Below, piece after piece: positions 35,901 to 50,789 of a stretch of 64,000 bases of DNA (position 1 is its first letter; every line of letters begins with the position of its first letter). The notes below the pieces were generated by a model. The model was not told the origin of the DNA, did no database searches, and saw only the letters and a program-made list of their open reading frames with translations. Origin of the DNA: Sphyrna mokarran (taxonomy: Eukaryota); the NCBI GenBank assembly GCA_024679065.1, contig JAGIQG010000009.1, forward strand, positions 59,644,001 to 59,708,000, in the 5' to 3' direction. A program made the translations under genes and the position numbers.

Positions 35901-38339
35901 AAATAGAACAGATGAACAGAATCTGAAGCATATGACCAAAATCAGACTGTAATGGAACAAACAGGAGATTAATATATAGCCAAAATTATATGACACATAT
36001 AATGGATTAAATTTATTTTAAAATGGTTCTATTCACAGTGCAGCCACAGGTTGTTTCTCAGAGTTGATCTTCTTTGAATTAGAGGGGAAAATTTAATGTG
36101 TACTCATCTGTAATATTCAAACTATGCTATGTTGAAAAAATTAGAAAATTTATTAGCGCAACGTAAGAAACAGTAAGGTGCCTAATGAAATTAATGTGAT
36201 AATACTTCAGACCACATTCTCTTGGGTAAATAACTTGCAGCAGTGGCAACATTTTGTGATAAACATGCCATATCACTGAACAAACTCAAAGCAACGTTAA
36301 GGAAAGCAGTCTCCAGCAGCAAAATATAGTTCAGCTCTAAATACAGTGTCTGGAAACACAGCCAACTTTAACTCATCCATATTTGTATTTTGTGACTATT
36401 ACAAACAAGGTATAACTTTTAAATAAGTCCAATATGATTTTCGATATAAGAAAGGGTTGAAACTTTAGCTACCTTTATGTTAAAAAGGCAACTGTACATT
36501 GGATTTTGGTCACTTTAAACTATGCTTGTGCTATTATTAAAGGATTCATGATGTGAAAACAAACTAGATTTAAAGAAAGACTAGGCTGTTGCTTAGCAAC
36601 CAGGCACCTTCACTGGAAGAGGATTAGCAGTTGTGGTTCAGTTGGAACCAGGTACCTAAGACGAAAGCAGCTCTGATGGACAGGTAAAAAAGGGATGGAA
36701 GACAAGTCCCAGAAGCTACGGAACAGGTAGTTTTAGAAACCAGGGAATGAAAAGAGAAGTCCAAGGAAAATTGAAGTCAAAGAGACAATCTGAACAATAT
36801 GCTGTTCGCTGAAGAAAGAGGTCCCTGAAAAATGCAGAACTGGTGATGTCAGCTAACAAGAAGCCATACATCTGAAGTAACACCAAGGCTAGTGGCATCT
36901 TAAAACAGTCTGCAGTGATGTTCCATTGGCATAGCTGGGTAAGATTGTGTGGAAACTTGACTGCATGTAGTAATCAGGAGCAGAGGAATAGCAGAGATTG
37001 AAATACAGAGTGGATCCATGGTGCACGCACTTAAAAGCGTTGTGGGGAAGAAGATTTCAAAATATGTTCTTAAAGGATGAAGTTTGAAAACAGCATGAAA
37101 GTCAGAGTTCCAATGAGGCCAGCTGGCTCACAGTATGACAAGCACTTTGGGGAGATAGGGAGGATAGAGGGGCATTTGGTGAGAAATCCACAGAAGTTCT
37201 ATTGGATGGCATCTGCTACTTGTTTTCAGAATGTGGTGTGGTTGACTACAGTTAGTTTACATAGATTGTGTACTTACTGAGAACATCATTGTACAAGATA
37301 CGTTTTGTAATTTTGTTATCCCTAAAAATCTGTGTGCATTTGTTAAAATATAGGTGGGGTGAAAGAATATCTTGTTATAGACAATCTTTTTCAGATGAAA
37401 AAAATGTTATATTATTTGGTTAAATGTTAGTTGGCAGTCCTTGACACCATTCATCCACATCTCCAAACAAAAAAGTAAAAGTTATGCTCTATTGAGCTAG
37501 GGTTCGATTCTGACTGTTCAGTAATAATCAGCTGGGATTTTACCAACCCATGCGAAGAAAACGTGTCAAAACTCTGCATCCACATTCTTTGCACATTGTA
37601 CTTAGGGTGAGAGAGTGATTGCATTTGCCTTCTAAGACACATAGTAGCAGAATGACAGTAAAGAGATTTAAAAAAGGACATTTTACAGGGCACATTACAG
37701 TATTCTGAATTTTTGACAAAGCAGAAATCAATAAATGGCATTAAACAAAAATAAAGTCAGATATAAATATTTCCAAGTTCTTTCCAACCAAATTTACCAC
37801 TAATATTATGGTCACATTCAGGGCAATGTATGAAAAATTACAGATTGAGAATATGTTATCATAAAACACAGGCTAACTACCAGGTTTCCAATCTTAAAGA
37901 TGTAAAGTCCACAACAAAGTACACAACAAAGAAATCAGCTTGCTGACTGCAATTTTCATAGCCTTAAGAAGCTTCCCAACTGTACTGCAAATAGAATGGT
38001 TAGGGTACTAGCAATGATATATTTCAAATCTCAGTTCTGGCATTATGGAAAATTATTGAAAATAACAGTAATTCAGACAGTTAATAATAAAAACAATGTA
38101 CAATTTACTTTAATGTTTAATCATTACACGCAATATTTAAATGTAAAGATTAAAAACGAGAGCATTTAAAGTTGAACCAAATGATAAAGAAATGTTAAAG
38201 CCAAAATAAGTGATTTGTAGCATCTCATTAACACAAGACAGAAAGCAGAGCGTACAAACTTAAAAAGTGGTCATAGGATATCACTTCTTTAAAAATTCCA
38301 CAGATCTTTGACAACTTTCCTCATTTTAGTGCAGTTACC

Positions 38340-38620
38340 ATAGAATCTCTATCGTGGAGAAAGAAGCTATCCTGCCCATCGAGTCTGTACCAACTCTCCA
38401 AAACAGTAACACAGGCCCTCCCCCCAACCCTATCCCCAAAAACCTCATGCATTTAACATGGCCAATCCACCTAGACCACTAATCTTTGGACTAGGGGAGG
38501 AAACCAGAGCACCTAGAGGAAACCCATGTAGACACAGGGACAGTGTGCAAACTCCACAAAGTCACCAACGCCTGAACAAGGGTCCCTGACACTGAGCAGC
38601 AGTGCTAACTACTGTCACCC
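38340..38620 (-). mobile_element. HE1-like V-SINE
   Basis: GGAAACCAGAGCACC..GAAACCCATGTAGACAC..TGCAAACTCC and GCAGCAGTGCTAAC. Confidence 0.82.
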
Positions 38621-41600
38621 TGTTATATAGCCCAAAAGGAGAAGACACTGCAAGGAATCAGGCCAAATAATGTGATTAAACACCCAGCTGGAAAATTAAT
38701 CTGAAAGGATTCTATCGTAAGCCAATTTCAATATCATATTTTTCTTTCCTCCTCTGCCCCTAATGTATGCTGCAATGTAATAAATATCCATAAGCAGTTT
38801 CACAAAAAATACCTAAAGTACGTTTCACATTAATCTATATTGCAAACTGAACAAATTGTTACTGTGGTTTTCTATTTTTCATATTTGCCTGAAAATTTTG
38901 CATTCCACAGAATATTTGATACCAGCGTTATGTGGCAATATTAATGTAGTCAATATACAAAATTAAAACAAAGATATGTCTGCAATGATACAGTCATTGC
39001 ATTAACGTAAAATAAATATAACGGTTTAGTGCCAAAGAAGGATCTTTCAAATACACTTACTGAAGTGCCAGAGTACTGTGTATGGAATTAATGCTTTCAT
39101 GAACACCATAATTCTGTTTTGGTAGCAAACATCTGTGTTTCCAACCATATAGAACACAGCAAACTTAAGCATGTCTTAACTATGTGGCTGAACCTCTCTG
39201 CAAGTCTAGGAAACATCAGGCAAGCTTAATGCTATGACAGAAGTACCTGAGTTCAATGCACTTGGAAGCAAACAGCAGTATCACGTCAGGTGAACAATTC
39301 AGAGATGGACTGGATTTCTTAGGGAATTGGGATGAAGTCCTCGAGACTTCAACTGTTTCTATTTTATATTTACAACTTGAATTCAGAAACAATTCAAACT
39401 ACGAGGAAACCAAACTTGGAAAAGATACTGAATTTGAGGCACTGACAGAGACCTATGAAATGAGTTAGATAAAATAGCCTGTGGGCAGAAGAGCATGTAT
39501 AATTTAACATGAAAAATAACATTTGTTCCGTGCATGATGTTAAAATAGCCAAGGGTGGAGCTGAGCAAGATTGAGGTTATGAATAAGCTCTGCTCTTAAG
39601 ATGTGCAATCATTGTTGAACAGGAGAAGTAATTAGAATGCTGAACCAAAATAGAAAACCACAAGTTATTTGTTTACCAAGTTTAGGATTCAGGTCCACAA
39701 CAGTCATGTATACACTAAACTGCCAATATATTTCAACAATAACAGAAATTCACAGGTTCACAGGCAACAATTCAGGCTGTAATTTCTGTTGCAAAGAATC
39801 ACACAAAGCAACTTGTTTCGAACTCTACACCTCCATGTTAATAAATCTTCCATAGGCCGTTCAGCCTTCTGAGTGTGCACCACCATTCAGCAAGATTATG
39901 GCTTATTTGTGTATTCCACATTCCAGATTTACCTTTCATAATCTTTGATTCTCTTGCCCAACAAGAATTTACCTCCACCTTAAAATATTGCCTTGCTGAA
40001 TTCAGTCACTGATTTCACAGAGTTCAGGTGATCAAAGCAGATATGATTGATTTTGGGTATTAAATCTCCCATATTTTGAGTAATTTTTGTCTAAGTGGTA
40101 AGTGTATTTTAAACGCAATCCATTTGGCTGGATCCATTTTAGAAGTAACTGAAGAAGAATGTACTGGATTTAGATAATTCAGCTCACTCCCAACTGACCA
40201 GTTATGCAGCATTACTAACTTAAACTGGAAGAATGCTACTCAGATGTTTAGACAATTTTTATTTTTAAAGCACAAACATTTTCAGAGTGCTTTAGCCAGA
40301 AATGAATCTATTGTTCCTCTTTTAAGATCAAACCAGCCAATTGTTCTGTAATAGAAAAGTGGAAACTAGGTTCAAATCAACACATCCCAGTTGATTTGCT
40401 AACACTTAATAAAGTAAACTTCATAAACACTTGCATATATAAATGATAAAAATCTCAAATACTTTGAAAATTTCAGGCTTTCTGCACTAGTATACCTACA
40501 AGCAGGCAAAAACATAAATGACCAGTTCTCAGATATTTATTTTCGTGATGTTGATCAAGGGAATAATTTTAGGTAGGACTGCATAGTCAAATTGTGGCAT
40601 CTTCAAAGTCCAACTGGTCATTGAAACAGGAAGTCTGATTTCAGTTCATTACAATGGCTTCCAGAATGCAAGATTTTCAGTACAGTGCTAACAAGAACTG
40701 CATGCTGCCCAAAAAGTGACCAGAAACACCCATTCCTAGTCAAGGTCAATCTTTTGACTTGTCTGTCACCTGTCTCCCTAAAATATAGGCCAACAACTCA
40801 CTGATTAGGTATATTGGCATAATAGTTCATCCACAACCAGTAACATCTAAAAAAAACCTGAAAAACTGAAAATACAATGCCGATATCCTTCCAACAGCTT
40901 CACTCAATCTACTAAAATGGAACAGTCCAAGAAACATTAATGCCTTTAACATTAAAATTTCAGGATACATACAACAAAACCCACAAATAAAAGTGATAGA
41001 ATTTTCAGAAATGATCATTTCATGCTCGCAGAATAATTAGGCTTTATTTCCCTCACTCAATAATGACAGGATTGGCTTTCTCTCAATTTCTCTGTGAAAA
41101 TCACATCAGATGACTACTGGATTTCAGACTCCAACATTTGCAAAAGGAAAGAATTCCATGGCTATCGAAGGAAAGGTGTGGACCAATACATTGAAAAATC
41201 TGGGAAAGCTCAATTGCAATCTTAAACATACTTTAACATTTGCACAAGCAGTTTTTATCCAGTCATGGCCCCTTTGAAGTTCCTGCTTTAGAGCAAGCAG
41301 TACAGTACAATGTCAGCCTTCTCAACACCATTATATATTTATGGATTTGGAATAAGTCTGCACAAGGGTGAACTGATGCAACTAATTCCAACAATCCAAA
41401 ATATCTTTCAAATTAAAAACTTTTAATGTAACATTCTGCTTCAGAAATTATATTTTTGTGTCTTTGAGTTTGTTACAACCCAGGTTTTAAAAATGAAATT
41501 TTTGCTTTTATTGCAAAATTCAGTTGTTTCTTGAGCTGATTGCTGCCTTCAGAGCAAAAAGTGCTCTCAATCTATACAATGATACTTTCTGCATTGCTAC

Positions 41601-41636
41601 ATAATGTTTTCATTTACAAGATAAACTCGTCACTTA

Positions 41637-41804
<168 letters not shown>

Positions 41805-43609
41805 TTACAAATTTGAGAAGCAAGTTATTTTACAATTGCTAAACTAGGATTATATGAAATTTGATTTTGAATTAATGCAGCTTATTGTGAAACTCAAATC
41901 TAAAGAGTTAATACCACCACAAAGCATTTGTCATGGCAACTCCTCTAATATGTCACAAACAGCATAATACGAATAGCACGTTTTGCAATACATCCCAAAA
42001 ACATGGGGACGTAATGTTTTTACAATCAAGGTGGGGAGTAATTTACTAAACAACTACTTAGATCCGAGGATTTTTGAAGTTTTGGTAAGGCATTGTTTCA
42101 AACTGATCATACAACCCCTGATCAATAGGAAATGCATTTTCAACAACTTGACCATATATAGTACATCGCAAGCAATCCTTCCTTTTATTTCGCGTCCACG
42201 GCCTGCACATTGGACAACATGGTCCTTTCACATTGCTGCACCACCATGCATCTTAAGGGAAATACTCATCGTGTGGCGACTGTTGTTCGCTGAATAGTTC
42301 AATCCTGAATGCTATGCAGTACAACATTAAAATAAGACACAATATTTAAGTATTCATTATTCAATTGAAGTCATCATTGTTCATATAAAACTTCAGTCCA
42401 ACAATATATAAACTTCTATCAAAGCTACTATTTACATTCCAAGTTTAGCACTTGTTCATTGTAGTTTTGAGAAGCTGAACAAATGCTTGTAATCTCCACA
42501 GGTTTTGCCTGCTCGAACATTGCAGAAACACTCCTCATTATATCATTTCTGCCAAAGTTAGAGCAGGCAACTATAGAAGCACTGTGAAAATTCCTCTCTT
42601 GATAAATACAAATCTAGTATTCAGCCACAAAATGCTGAAGTATACATTTAGGTAACATTTGAAGTGCAAATGTACAAAAAATACAGGATCTCTACAAAAA
42701 TGGTGTGTTATAAAACCAATAGATTATCTCAAGATTTCAAAGTCATTGTTTGTATGGATTCAATGAAAATTTCCATACGTTCAACATAAACAGTACAATT
42801 CAATGAAAACATAAAAATTGCCAGGCAGGAAACGACTAGCTGGTTTATCAAATCAACGCCTCAGGTATGATGGCTACAGCATCATGACTACACGCTATTA
42901 CACTCATTCACTCCACCATCCAGCATAATGAAGGGCAAAAACAAGATTTAAATTCTTTCTGACCCCCCCGCCTATCAAAATCATCCAGCAATCATAAGTC
43001 ATTTCAATATTTTGAGTAATAGGAAATATAGCAAATATATTTTGCAATCTTTAATGGATTCTAAGCAAAAATAAAGCAAAATATTTTTTAAAAAATAGTT
43101 TTGAATAATATGTATTCCACAAAACGTCTGTATCACTTCTCACAATTAAGAACAACGAAACCTACTCCCCAGATGCTAGCTTTAATGACAGATTTGCACA
43201 ATAAGTCAAAAATGTGACCAGCTGCAAAGAATTATCAAGATACTTCAGTCTGACTTAAATATTTCCTGAATGTCGACATCTTCAGGAATTCCAATTTGGG
43301 ATAAAAGTGAACAGAATTAACAAATACACACATGCACAGTTGGTAATGCTTTGATCTTGGGTTAATGACTATACCTGTTAATGCTGAAGAAATTACTTTG
43401 CTAATTATAATATACTTTAAGCATAACTGGTTTTACAAATTTTGTACATGCAATTTTATGTCTCTGGTCATAGTATCTTTTTGGGAGCTAATCCAATCAT
43501 TGGTTGACAGACAGAGCTCTAGGACAATGCTGATAATGTTAACTTAAGAAAGGTTTTCCTTAACTGCAAGTCCTTTCATGATTAAAAAATTTTGCAAACA
43601 ATGAACATT

Positions 43610-44200
43610 TTGTTTGAGGAAGTGTATTCATTGTTGTAATTCAGGGAAAAAACAAGCATCAACATCTACACAGCAAGATATTACAAATAGAAATTAGGTA
43701 ACAATCAGATATCTTGTTGGATTAAAAATAAAAATTGCTGGAAACATCTGGTAGACCTGACAATATTAATGTTTGGTTTCTCTGGCTGAGAAACTATGTT
43801 AAAGTTCCAGTTCTGTCATCTTTCATCATAATCTGATCAAAAGGTCAAAGACCTGAAATGTTAACTCTGTCTCTCACTCCACAGATACTGCCAGACCTAC
43901 TGAGTGTTTCCACTGTTCTCTATTTTAATTTAATTTCCAGCATTTTGCAATATTGGGAGATAAATATTTGGAACAGAGGTAAAACTCTCTTTCTCTTTGA
44001 ATAGTGCAACTAAATCTTTATGTCCAATTAATAGGGCAGATGGGTCTTCATTTTAAATATCAAAAAGACAATGAGACAATGCAGTACTTCCTCAGCAACC
44101 ACCTACATCATGAGTCTCTGATGGGAAGAAATCTGCAATCTTTTAATTCGGTAAGAGCAAAGTCTGTCTGTGGACAAACTCAGGTGGAAATTTGTTTGGT
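43610..44200 (-). mobile_element. SacSINE1/Deu-SINE-like ancient SINE interrupted by a fold-back repeat
   Basis: Degenerate Deu-domain and tail-like segments either side of the 43720-43950 repeat; a similar piece at about 40510-40700. Confidence 0.45.
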
Positions 44201-44709
44201 TTGATTCTTATAACAATATGTTTACTTTAATTTTCAGTTTGGAGGAACATCAATTCTAAGATGAAGCACTGTGAGTACAACAAGCCCAACAGAGAAAATA
44301 TGGTGCATGCATGCATGCATGCATCCTGGGTAGGGGAGAAAGGAGAAAGAACATGCTTGTTCGGTGGATTGGCAGCGCTAAATTCGGCCTCAGTGCACCT
44401 GAGCAGGTGCTGAAGTATGGTGACTTGGGGATTTTCACAGTAACTTCATTGCAGTGTTAATGTAAGCCCACTTGTGACATGAAAACTAAACTTACATATG
44501 CATATCCCAAAACAAGAGCAAAAGAGGTGGCGTGCGGAAAGTGACATTTCACATAACTTACTTATTGCACTTAATGCTAGCTGTCTCACACTAACTAGGT
44601 AAAGATTTTCATTGCTATATTACCCACCAAATTTATTTTACTGCAGAAAAAATAATTTATCTATTCCTGATTCCAACAGGATAAACTTCAGCTCTAGCCC
44701 TTCAAAATT

Positions 44710-47425
44710 TGATGTGGAGATGCCAGCATTGGACTGGGGTAAACACAGTAAGAAGTCTTACAACACCAGATTAAAGTCCAACAAGTTTATTTGGTAGCAA
44801 AAGTTTTGGAGCACTTGCTGCGCCTTTGTCAGGTGAGTGGGAGTTCTATTCACAAACAGGGCATTTAAAAACAAACTCAATTTATAAAATAATAGTTGGA
44901 ATGCTATTCTTTACAGGTAATCAAGTCTCAAAAAGGTACAGACAATGCGAGTGCAGAGAGCATTAAGCATAGGTTAAAGAGATGTGTATTGTCTCCAGAC
45001 AGGACAGTTAATGAGATTTTGCAAGCCCAGGCAAGTCTTGGGGGTTACTGATAGTGTGACATGAACCCAAGATCCTGGTGGAGGCCATCCTCACATGTGC
45101 AGAACTTGGCTATCCATCTCTGCTCAGTAACTCTATGCTGTCATGTGTCAAAGGCCATCTTGGAGAATGCTTACCTGAAGATCAGAGGCCAAATGCCCGT
45201 GACCGCTGAAGTGTTCCCCAACAGGAAGAGAACACACTTGCCTGGTAATTGTCGAGCAGTGTTCATTCATCTGCATTTTCTCCCCAGTGTACCATGCCTC
45301 GGGACATCCTTTCCTGCAGCCTATCAGGTTGGCCAAGTTGTACCTGGTAGATAGTGTTCTCGCATGAGATGATGGCATACGTGTCAATGATCTGGCACTT
45401 CTTGCAGAGGTTGCTGCGGCAGGGTTATGTGATGTTGTGATATCTGTCCTCCTGCAGGCTGGGTAGTTTGCTATGGACAATGGTCTATTTGAAGTTGTGC
45501 AGTTGTTTGAAGACAGGAAGGGGAGGTGTGGAGATGGCCTTGGCGAGATGTTCATCTTCATCAATCACACATGGAAGGCTCCGAAGATGTTGTAACTTCT
45601 CCACTCTGCGAAAGTACCGAGCAACGAAGGATACTCTGTCTGCCATATCCCGTGTTTGTCTTCTGAGGACAGTGATGCGGTTTTTCGCTATGGTGCATTG
45701 AACTGTCGATTGATGAGTCGAGCATCATATCCTGTTCTTATGAGGGCATCTTTCAGTGACTGGAGGTGGGTCTTGTGATCCTCCTTATCTGAGCAGATCT
45801 TGTGTATACAGAAGGCTTGTCCGTAGGGGATGGCTTCTTTAACGCATTTAGGGTGGAAGCTGGAGAAGCGGGGCATCGTAAGGATATCTGTGGGCTTGTG
45901 GTACAGTGAAGAACTGAGGTGACCGTCCTTGATGGAAATACGTGTATCCAAGAATGTAACCAATTCCGGAGATAGTCCACGGGGGAGTCTAATGGTGGGA
46001 TGGAATTTGTTGACGTCATCATATAGTTGCTTCAACGATTGTTCACCATGAGTCCAAAGAAAGAAAGTGTCATCGATGTATCTAGTGTATAGCATCAGTT
46101 GAAGATCCTGTGTGATGAAGAAGTCTTATTCGAACACGTGCATGAAGATGTTGGCATATTGAGATGCGAATTGGTCCCTGTGGCTGTTCCATGTATCTGG
46201 ATGAAGAACTAGTTGAAGGTGAAGACACTGCGGTCCAGGATGAAGCAGATGAGTTGTAAAATTGCATCTGGAAACTGGCAGTTGTCGGCGTTGAGTACTG
46301 AGACAATTGCAGCAATGCCATCATCGTAGGGGATGCTGGTGTAGAGTGCCAAGACATCCATTATGACGAGGAGTGCTCCTGGTTCAACTACTCCATGTGT
46401 GCTGAGTTTCTGTAGGGATTTCGTGGTGTCACGACAAAAGCTGGGGGTTTTTTGTACAAAGGGTTTCAGGATGCCCTCGACATAGCCGGAGAGGTTCTTG
46501 CACAGAGTTCCGTTACCCAATACGATGGGCCCGTTGCATGTGCTTGCCTTGTGTATCTTTGGAAAACAATAGAGATCTCCAATGCAGGGAGCATGTGGGA
46601 TAAGGGCACGGAGGGTGCTCTTAAGGTCCAGATCAAAGTCTTGATTAGTCTGTTGAGTTGACGGGTGCGTTCTTTGGTCGGATCTGTGGGCAGCTGTCTG
46701 TGGTGTTCATTTTCAGTCGCTGGTACACTTCTTTGCAGTAATCCGTTCTATTCAGTATAACGATGGCCCCTCCTTTGTCTGCTGGTTTGACAACAATGTT
46801 GCATTTGGTCAAGAGCGCGGATGGCGTTGCGGTGCGCTTGGGTGATGTTCGGGGCTATCCTGTAAGTGTGGTTGATGAATCTGGTGTTGACGCACTTGGC
46901 AGCTTGGGCATACAAGTCAAATCGAGGGCAGAGGCCTTCCAGAGGAGGCCAATTCAATTCTTTCCTCTTCGGTTGCTGTACTGCGGATCTCTCTGTCAGG
47001 TGTTCCGGTTCATCTATCTCTGTGTTCGCTGTTGGCCTCTGGGGTTTGTGGAAGAACTCTCGCAGCCTCATTCGCCTGATAGTGACAACACAGAGTCACT
47101 GAGCAGAGACTGATAGCCAAGTTCCACATATAAGGACGGTCTCAACCAGGATCTTGGATTCATGTCACACTATCTGTAACTCCCATGACTTGCTTGGGCT
47201 TGTAATATCTCACTAACTGTCCTGGCTGGAGACAATACACACCTCTTTAACCTGTGCTTGGCCTTCTCCCCACTCACATTGTCTGTACCTTTAAGACTTG
47301 ATTACCTGTAAAGACTCACATTCCAACCATTATTTTGTAAATTGAGTTTGTGTCTTTATATGAACTGTTTGTGAACAGAACTCATGAAGGAGGAGTAAGC
47401 GCTCCGAAAGCTAGTGGTTTTGCCC
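44710..47425 (-). mobile_element. Penelope-like element (RT + GIY-YIG) with 3' pLTR/tail and inverted 5' pLTR
   Basis: RT motifs MDVLALYTSIP and YTRYIDDTFF (ORFs 46209..46520, 45688..46095); GIY-YIG (ORF 45148..45564); tail GATGTGGAGATGCCAGCATTGGACTGGGG at 44711; 47085-47420 is an inverted copy of about 44800-45145. Confidence 0.93.
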
Positions 47426-48019
47426 TCAATCTTTGCCATAATTATCAACACCTTTTAAATATTTATTATAACCTTGGTCACACTGTTTATATTGCTTAAT
47501 AAGTCATCATTATTTTTACCAAAATCATACTATGTTATTCACCAAACGTGGCTGTTTCCCCCTTAGCCTGAAGGAGCTGGAAGATACAGAGGCACGATTA
47601 ACTATAGTAAGCCTCCTTCTTAAAAATTAGCACAGGAATTTATAATGAAAAAACATAAAAAGCCTTGATAATAGATGTAAGGCTTTATAGAAAGAAATAC
47701 GATATGCAAGTTTTTTAAATATGTGCATTATATATTAATTTATAGATACACCATGAAAGAAATCTCACTTGTTCGTGAATAAACTAATCATTCAAAACTA
47801 AAGAGCAACATAGTTAAATCTGTAAATTACTGACACATCAAGAACAGGAATCGTTGCCCCCTCTTTTTTGAAAATTAGGAACCGGCTAAAAAGGATAACT
47901 AAAAATTTCCCAACTGGCTGAGATTATAGTCAGTTACAATATTGTTAAGAATGCCCCTCCTTGCTAGCATTCACAGTTATATTCATTTAACAGTTTTGAA
48001 CTGCAAACAAGAGATCAAC

Positions 48020-49050
48020 ATGTAAAATTAAAACATATGGAATCGGGTTTAGTGTATTGAGATAGATAGGAAACAGAATAAATGGATACTTTTCCAAATG
48101 ACAAGCACTGACTAGTAGGCTGCCACAGGGATCAGTGCTGGGACACCAGTTGTTCAGGCATATGATTTATATGTGAACTGTAATACTCAGATTTGCAGAT
48201 GACAAAAAGCTGGGTGGCAGTGTGTACTGTGAGAAGAGATGCAGAGAGGCTTCATTGTGATTTGGACAAGTTGAGCGAGTGAGCAAATGAATGGCAGATG
48301 CAGTATAACATGAAATCCACTTCAGCAGCACAAAAGGAAATTACTATCTGAATGGCCATAAGTTAGGAGAGGGTAATGTGCAATATGACTTAGGGTGTCT
48401 TTGTACACCAGTCAGTGAAGGTAAGCAGGCATAAAGACTGGCAAATGGTATGTTGGCCTTCATATTAATAGCATTCGAGTACAGGATCAGGATCAGTGAG
48501 GTCTTGTAGCAACTATACAACACCTTACTAAGGCCATATCCGGAATATTGTGTGCAGTTTTGGTCTCTATCAAGGATGCTCTTGTTCCAGAGGGTCTGCA
48601 GAGAAGGGTTACCAGACTGATTCCTGGGATGACAGGACTGGTGTACAAGAATCTGAGGTTGAGTCAGGATTGCATTCACTGGAGTTCTGAAGAATGCAGA
48701 AGGACCTCAGAAATCCCAAAGTTCTAACAAGACTAGTCAGAGTAAATGCAAGAAAGATGTTCCTAATGGTGGGAGTGTTCAAACCAGGGACCATTGTCTG
48801 AGAATAAAGGGTAGACAGTTTAGAATAGAAAGGAGAGAAATGTTCTTCACCCAGAGAGAGTGGTCAGCCCGTGTAGTTCGCTACCACAGGAAGTGGTTGT
48901 ATGTTTTTAAGAAGTAGGGAGATCTAACACGTGGGGGATGAGAGAAGGGGATCAAAAGATTGGTAGGGAATATGGGATCAGGCTATTGCCATGATCATGA
49001 ATGACCAACCAAGCTTGAAGCTCCTTCTGCTCCCTTTTTCTTTGTTTCTA
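48020..49050 (+). mobile_element. Degraded CR1 LINE 3' portion
   Basis: LPQGSVLG, FADD and EYCVQFWS remnants, CR1-like tail. Confidence 0.85.
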
Positions 49051-49892
49051 TATAACTGTTACTCTTGGAACAGAATGTAACTTCAGTAATGATCAATGCT
49101 TCTCAGTTCCATCTATCAACATTACAAGGGCAAGATGAACAAAAAAGGGAGTTTGGTACTTTGGAAGATTGTACTTGGTTTGCAATTTGCAACCATCCCC
49201 GGTTTCAGAGTGTTATTTATAGATTTTTAACATGCAAATTACTTAGGATTCTTATTAAACGTATATGTTTACGTAGGTTTTATTTTATTTCCCAATCAGT
49301 AAACAGTCTTGAGCACCTCAAAACAGTTCTCAGCACTTTCAGAGTGAAAACAGGGATTTTGCTACTTTTAAATTATGATATTAGATCATTTCAATTTCTG
49401 ACAAGATTACCATTCATAACTATATAAATTTCACTAAGTCACTTCAATAGTATAGGGATGATTTCAGTAGATTTTACTGAGTGCAAGTAACAGAGCAAGT
49501 TAGCACATAGTATTAAGTACTTCTGGCAAATCTTCCTATTTATATTGAAATAATACTTTTATTCCCATAACTCCATTGTCAGTTTGATTAGGCTTTCCCT
49601 GCCATATAATGGTTAGTGCTCCCAAATGAAAACACCAAAACTGAATCACTGATTATTACCTGCACCTATAGGACTAGTATTCTACAATTATTCTGTATAT
49701 TTGAATAAGATCCATTCTACACAATGGAACAAGCAGCATTGCCTTATATTGTTTTACTGGACAGTATTGTAATGACCTTGGAAGAAACCTGCAGACTTAC
49801 CATATCGTTATAACCAAAGACACAGACAGTCAGAGAAATAATTAACCTAACTATTGTTTACAAAAAAATGGAATCACTTCAACAAGATATAC

Positions 49893-50123
49893 CTTTGCAA
49901 TGTACAGCGATAGCTCCTTCTTCATTTTCACATATCGTTAAAAATCTTTTCACGATGGAGTCACTTGGTGTGCTCCCATCAACGAAGAAAAGGTCATAGT
50001 GTTCAAACCCAGCATCCGTGAAACGTTTAGCATCATAAATTTTCTTGTTAAGTCTTATGATTGTGGTAACACCATGTTTCCTGAAGTATGGAAAATATGC
50101 TTCTGGTGCATGGAGAGGATAAC
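49893..50123 (-). CDS. CDC14A: CDC14A-like exon (general-acid loop and catalytic Cys)
   Basis: 231 bp, AG/GT-bounded: (G)[76 protein letters not shown]. Confidence 0.97.
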
Positions 50124-50789
50124 CTGATGAGTTATTTAAAAAGAACCCAAATTAATGCAAATGCAAAAAAGTTGATCAAAACCTTATATAACAATACTGT
50201 ACAGGATTAATAATATCCTTCCATGTCCTGAAAAAGCACCCTGCCTTCCTTCCATTGAATTGATCTTTAGTGGAGTTGGCCAGTGTTAAAAGATGAATGT
50301 TTTTTCCAATTAGCAGATTAAAATGAGTACAAAAAATCCAGAAGGAGATGTTCACAGGAGTATACTATATGCGCAATGGCCAGCATCCCTTAACATTAAA
50401 GATATTTATTTTGATAACATCTTTCTGTACATCAGAAACAGTTGCAATGCCCAGAGAATATTACCAACATAAAACTTAAATGGCAATATTCACCCATATT
50501 AAACACGTTACGTACAACAGTGCAGAGGTTATTATACTGAATCTGCATATCATTGTAGCAAACTGAAAAACTGAGTTCAATAAACCTTAATTCGTACATA
50601 TTAAAGCTAGCACCAAACAAATAGTTGAGTCGCTGCTTCATAAAAGCCCAAACTGTTCTCAGATGCCCTTCGTAAAAAGAAATTTCCCATCCTTCACCCA
50701 TCAAGCTGTTCTATTTCCGTGCCTTGTGATTGGCTCAATACCCTGTGAAGTAGCAAGCTACTCATTTCACTCATTTATAAAAATAAAAT

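Noticed and set aside
36588-36600. RFX X-box-like GTTGCTTAGCAAC (also TTTGTCATGGCAAC near 41927)
   Set aside because: Tempting because CDC14A is cilia-related, but single degenerate motifs are expected by chance in 64 kb, and the first lies in a probable LTR-like repeat.
44304-44325. (TGCA)n palindromic microsatellite
   Set aside because: Simple repeat with no evidence of function.
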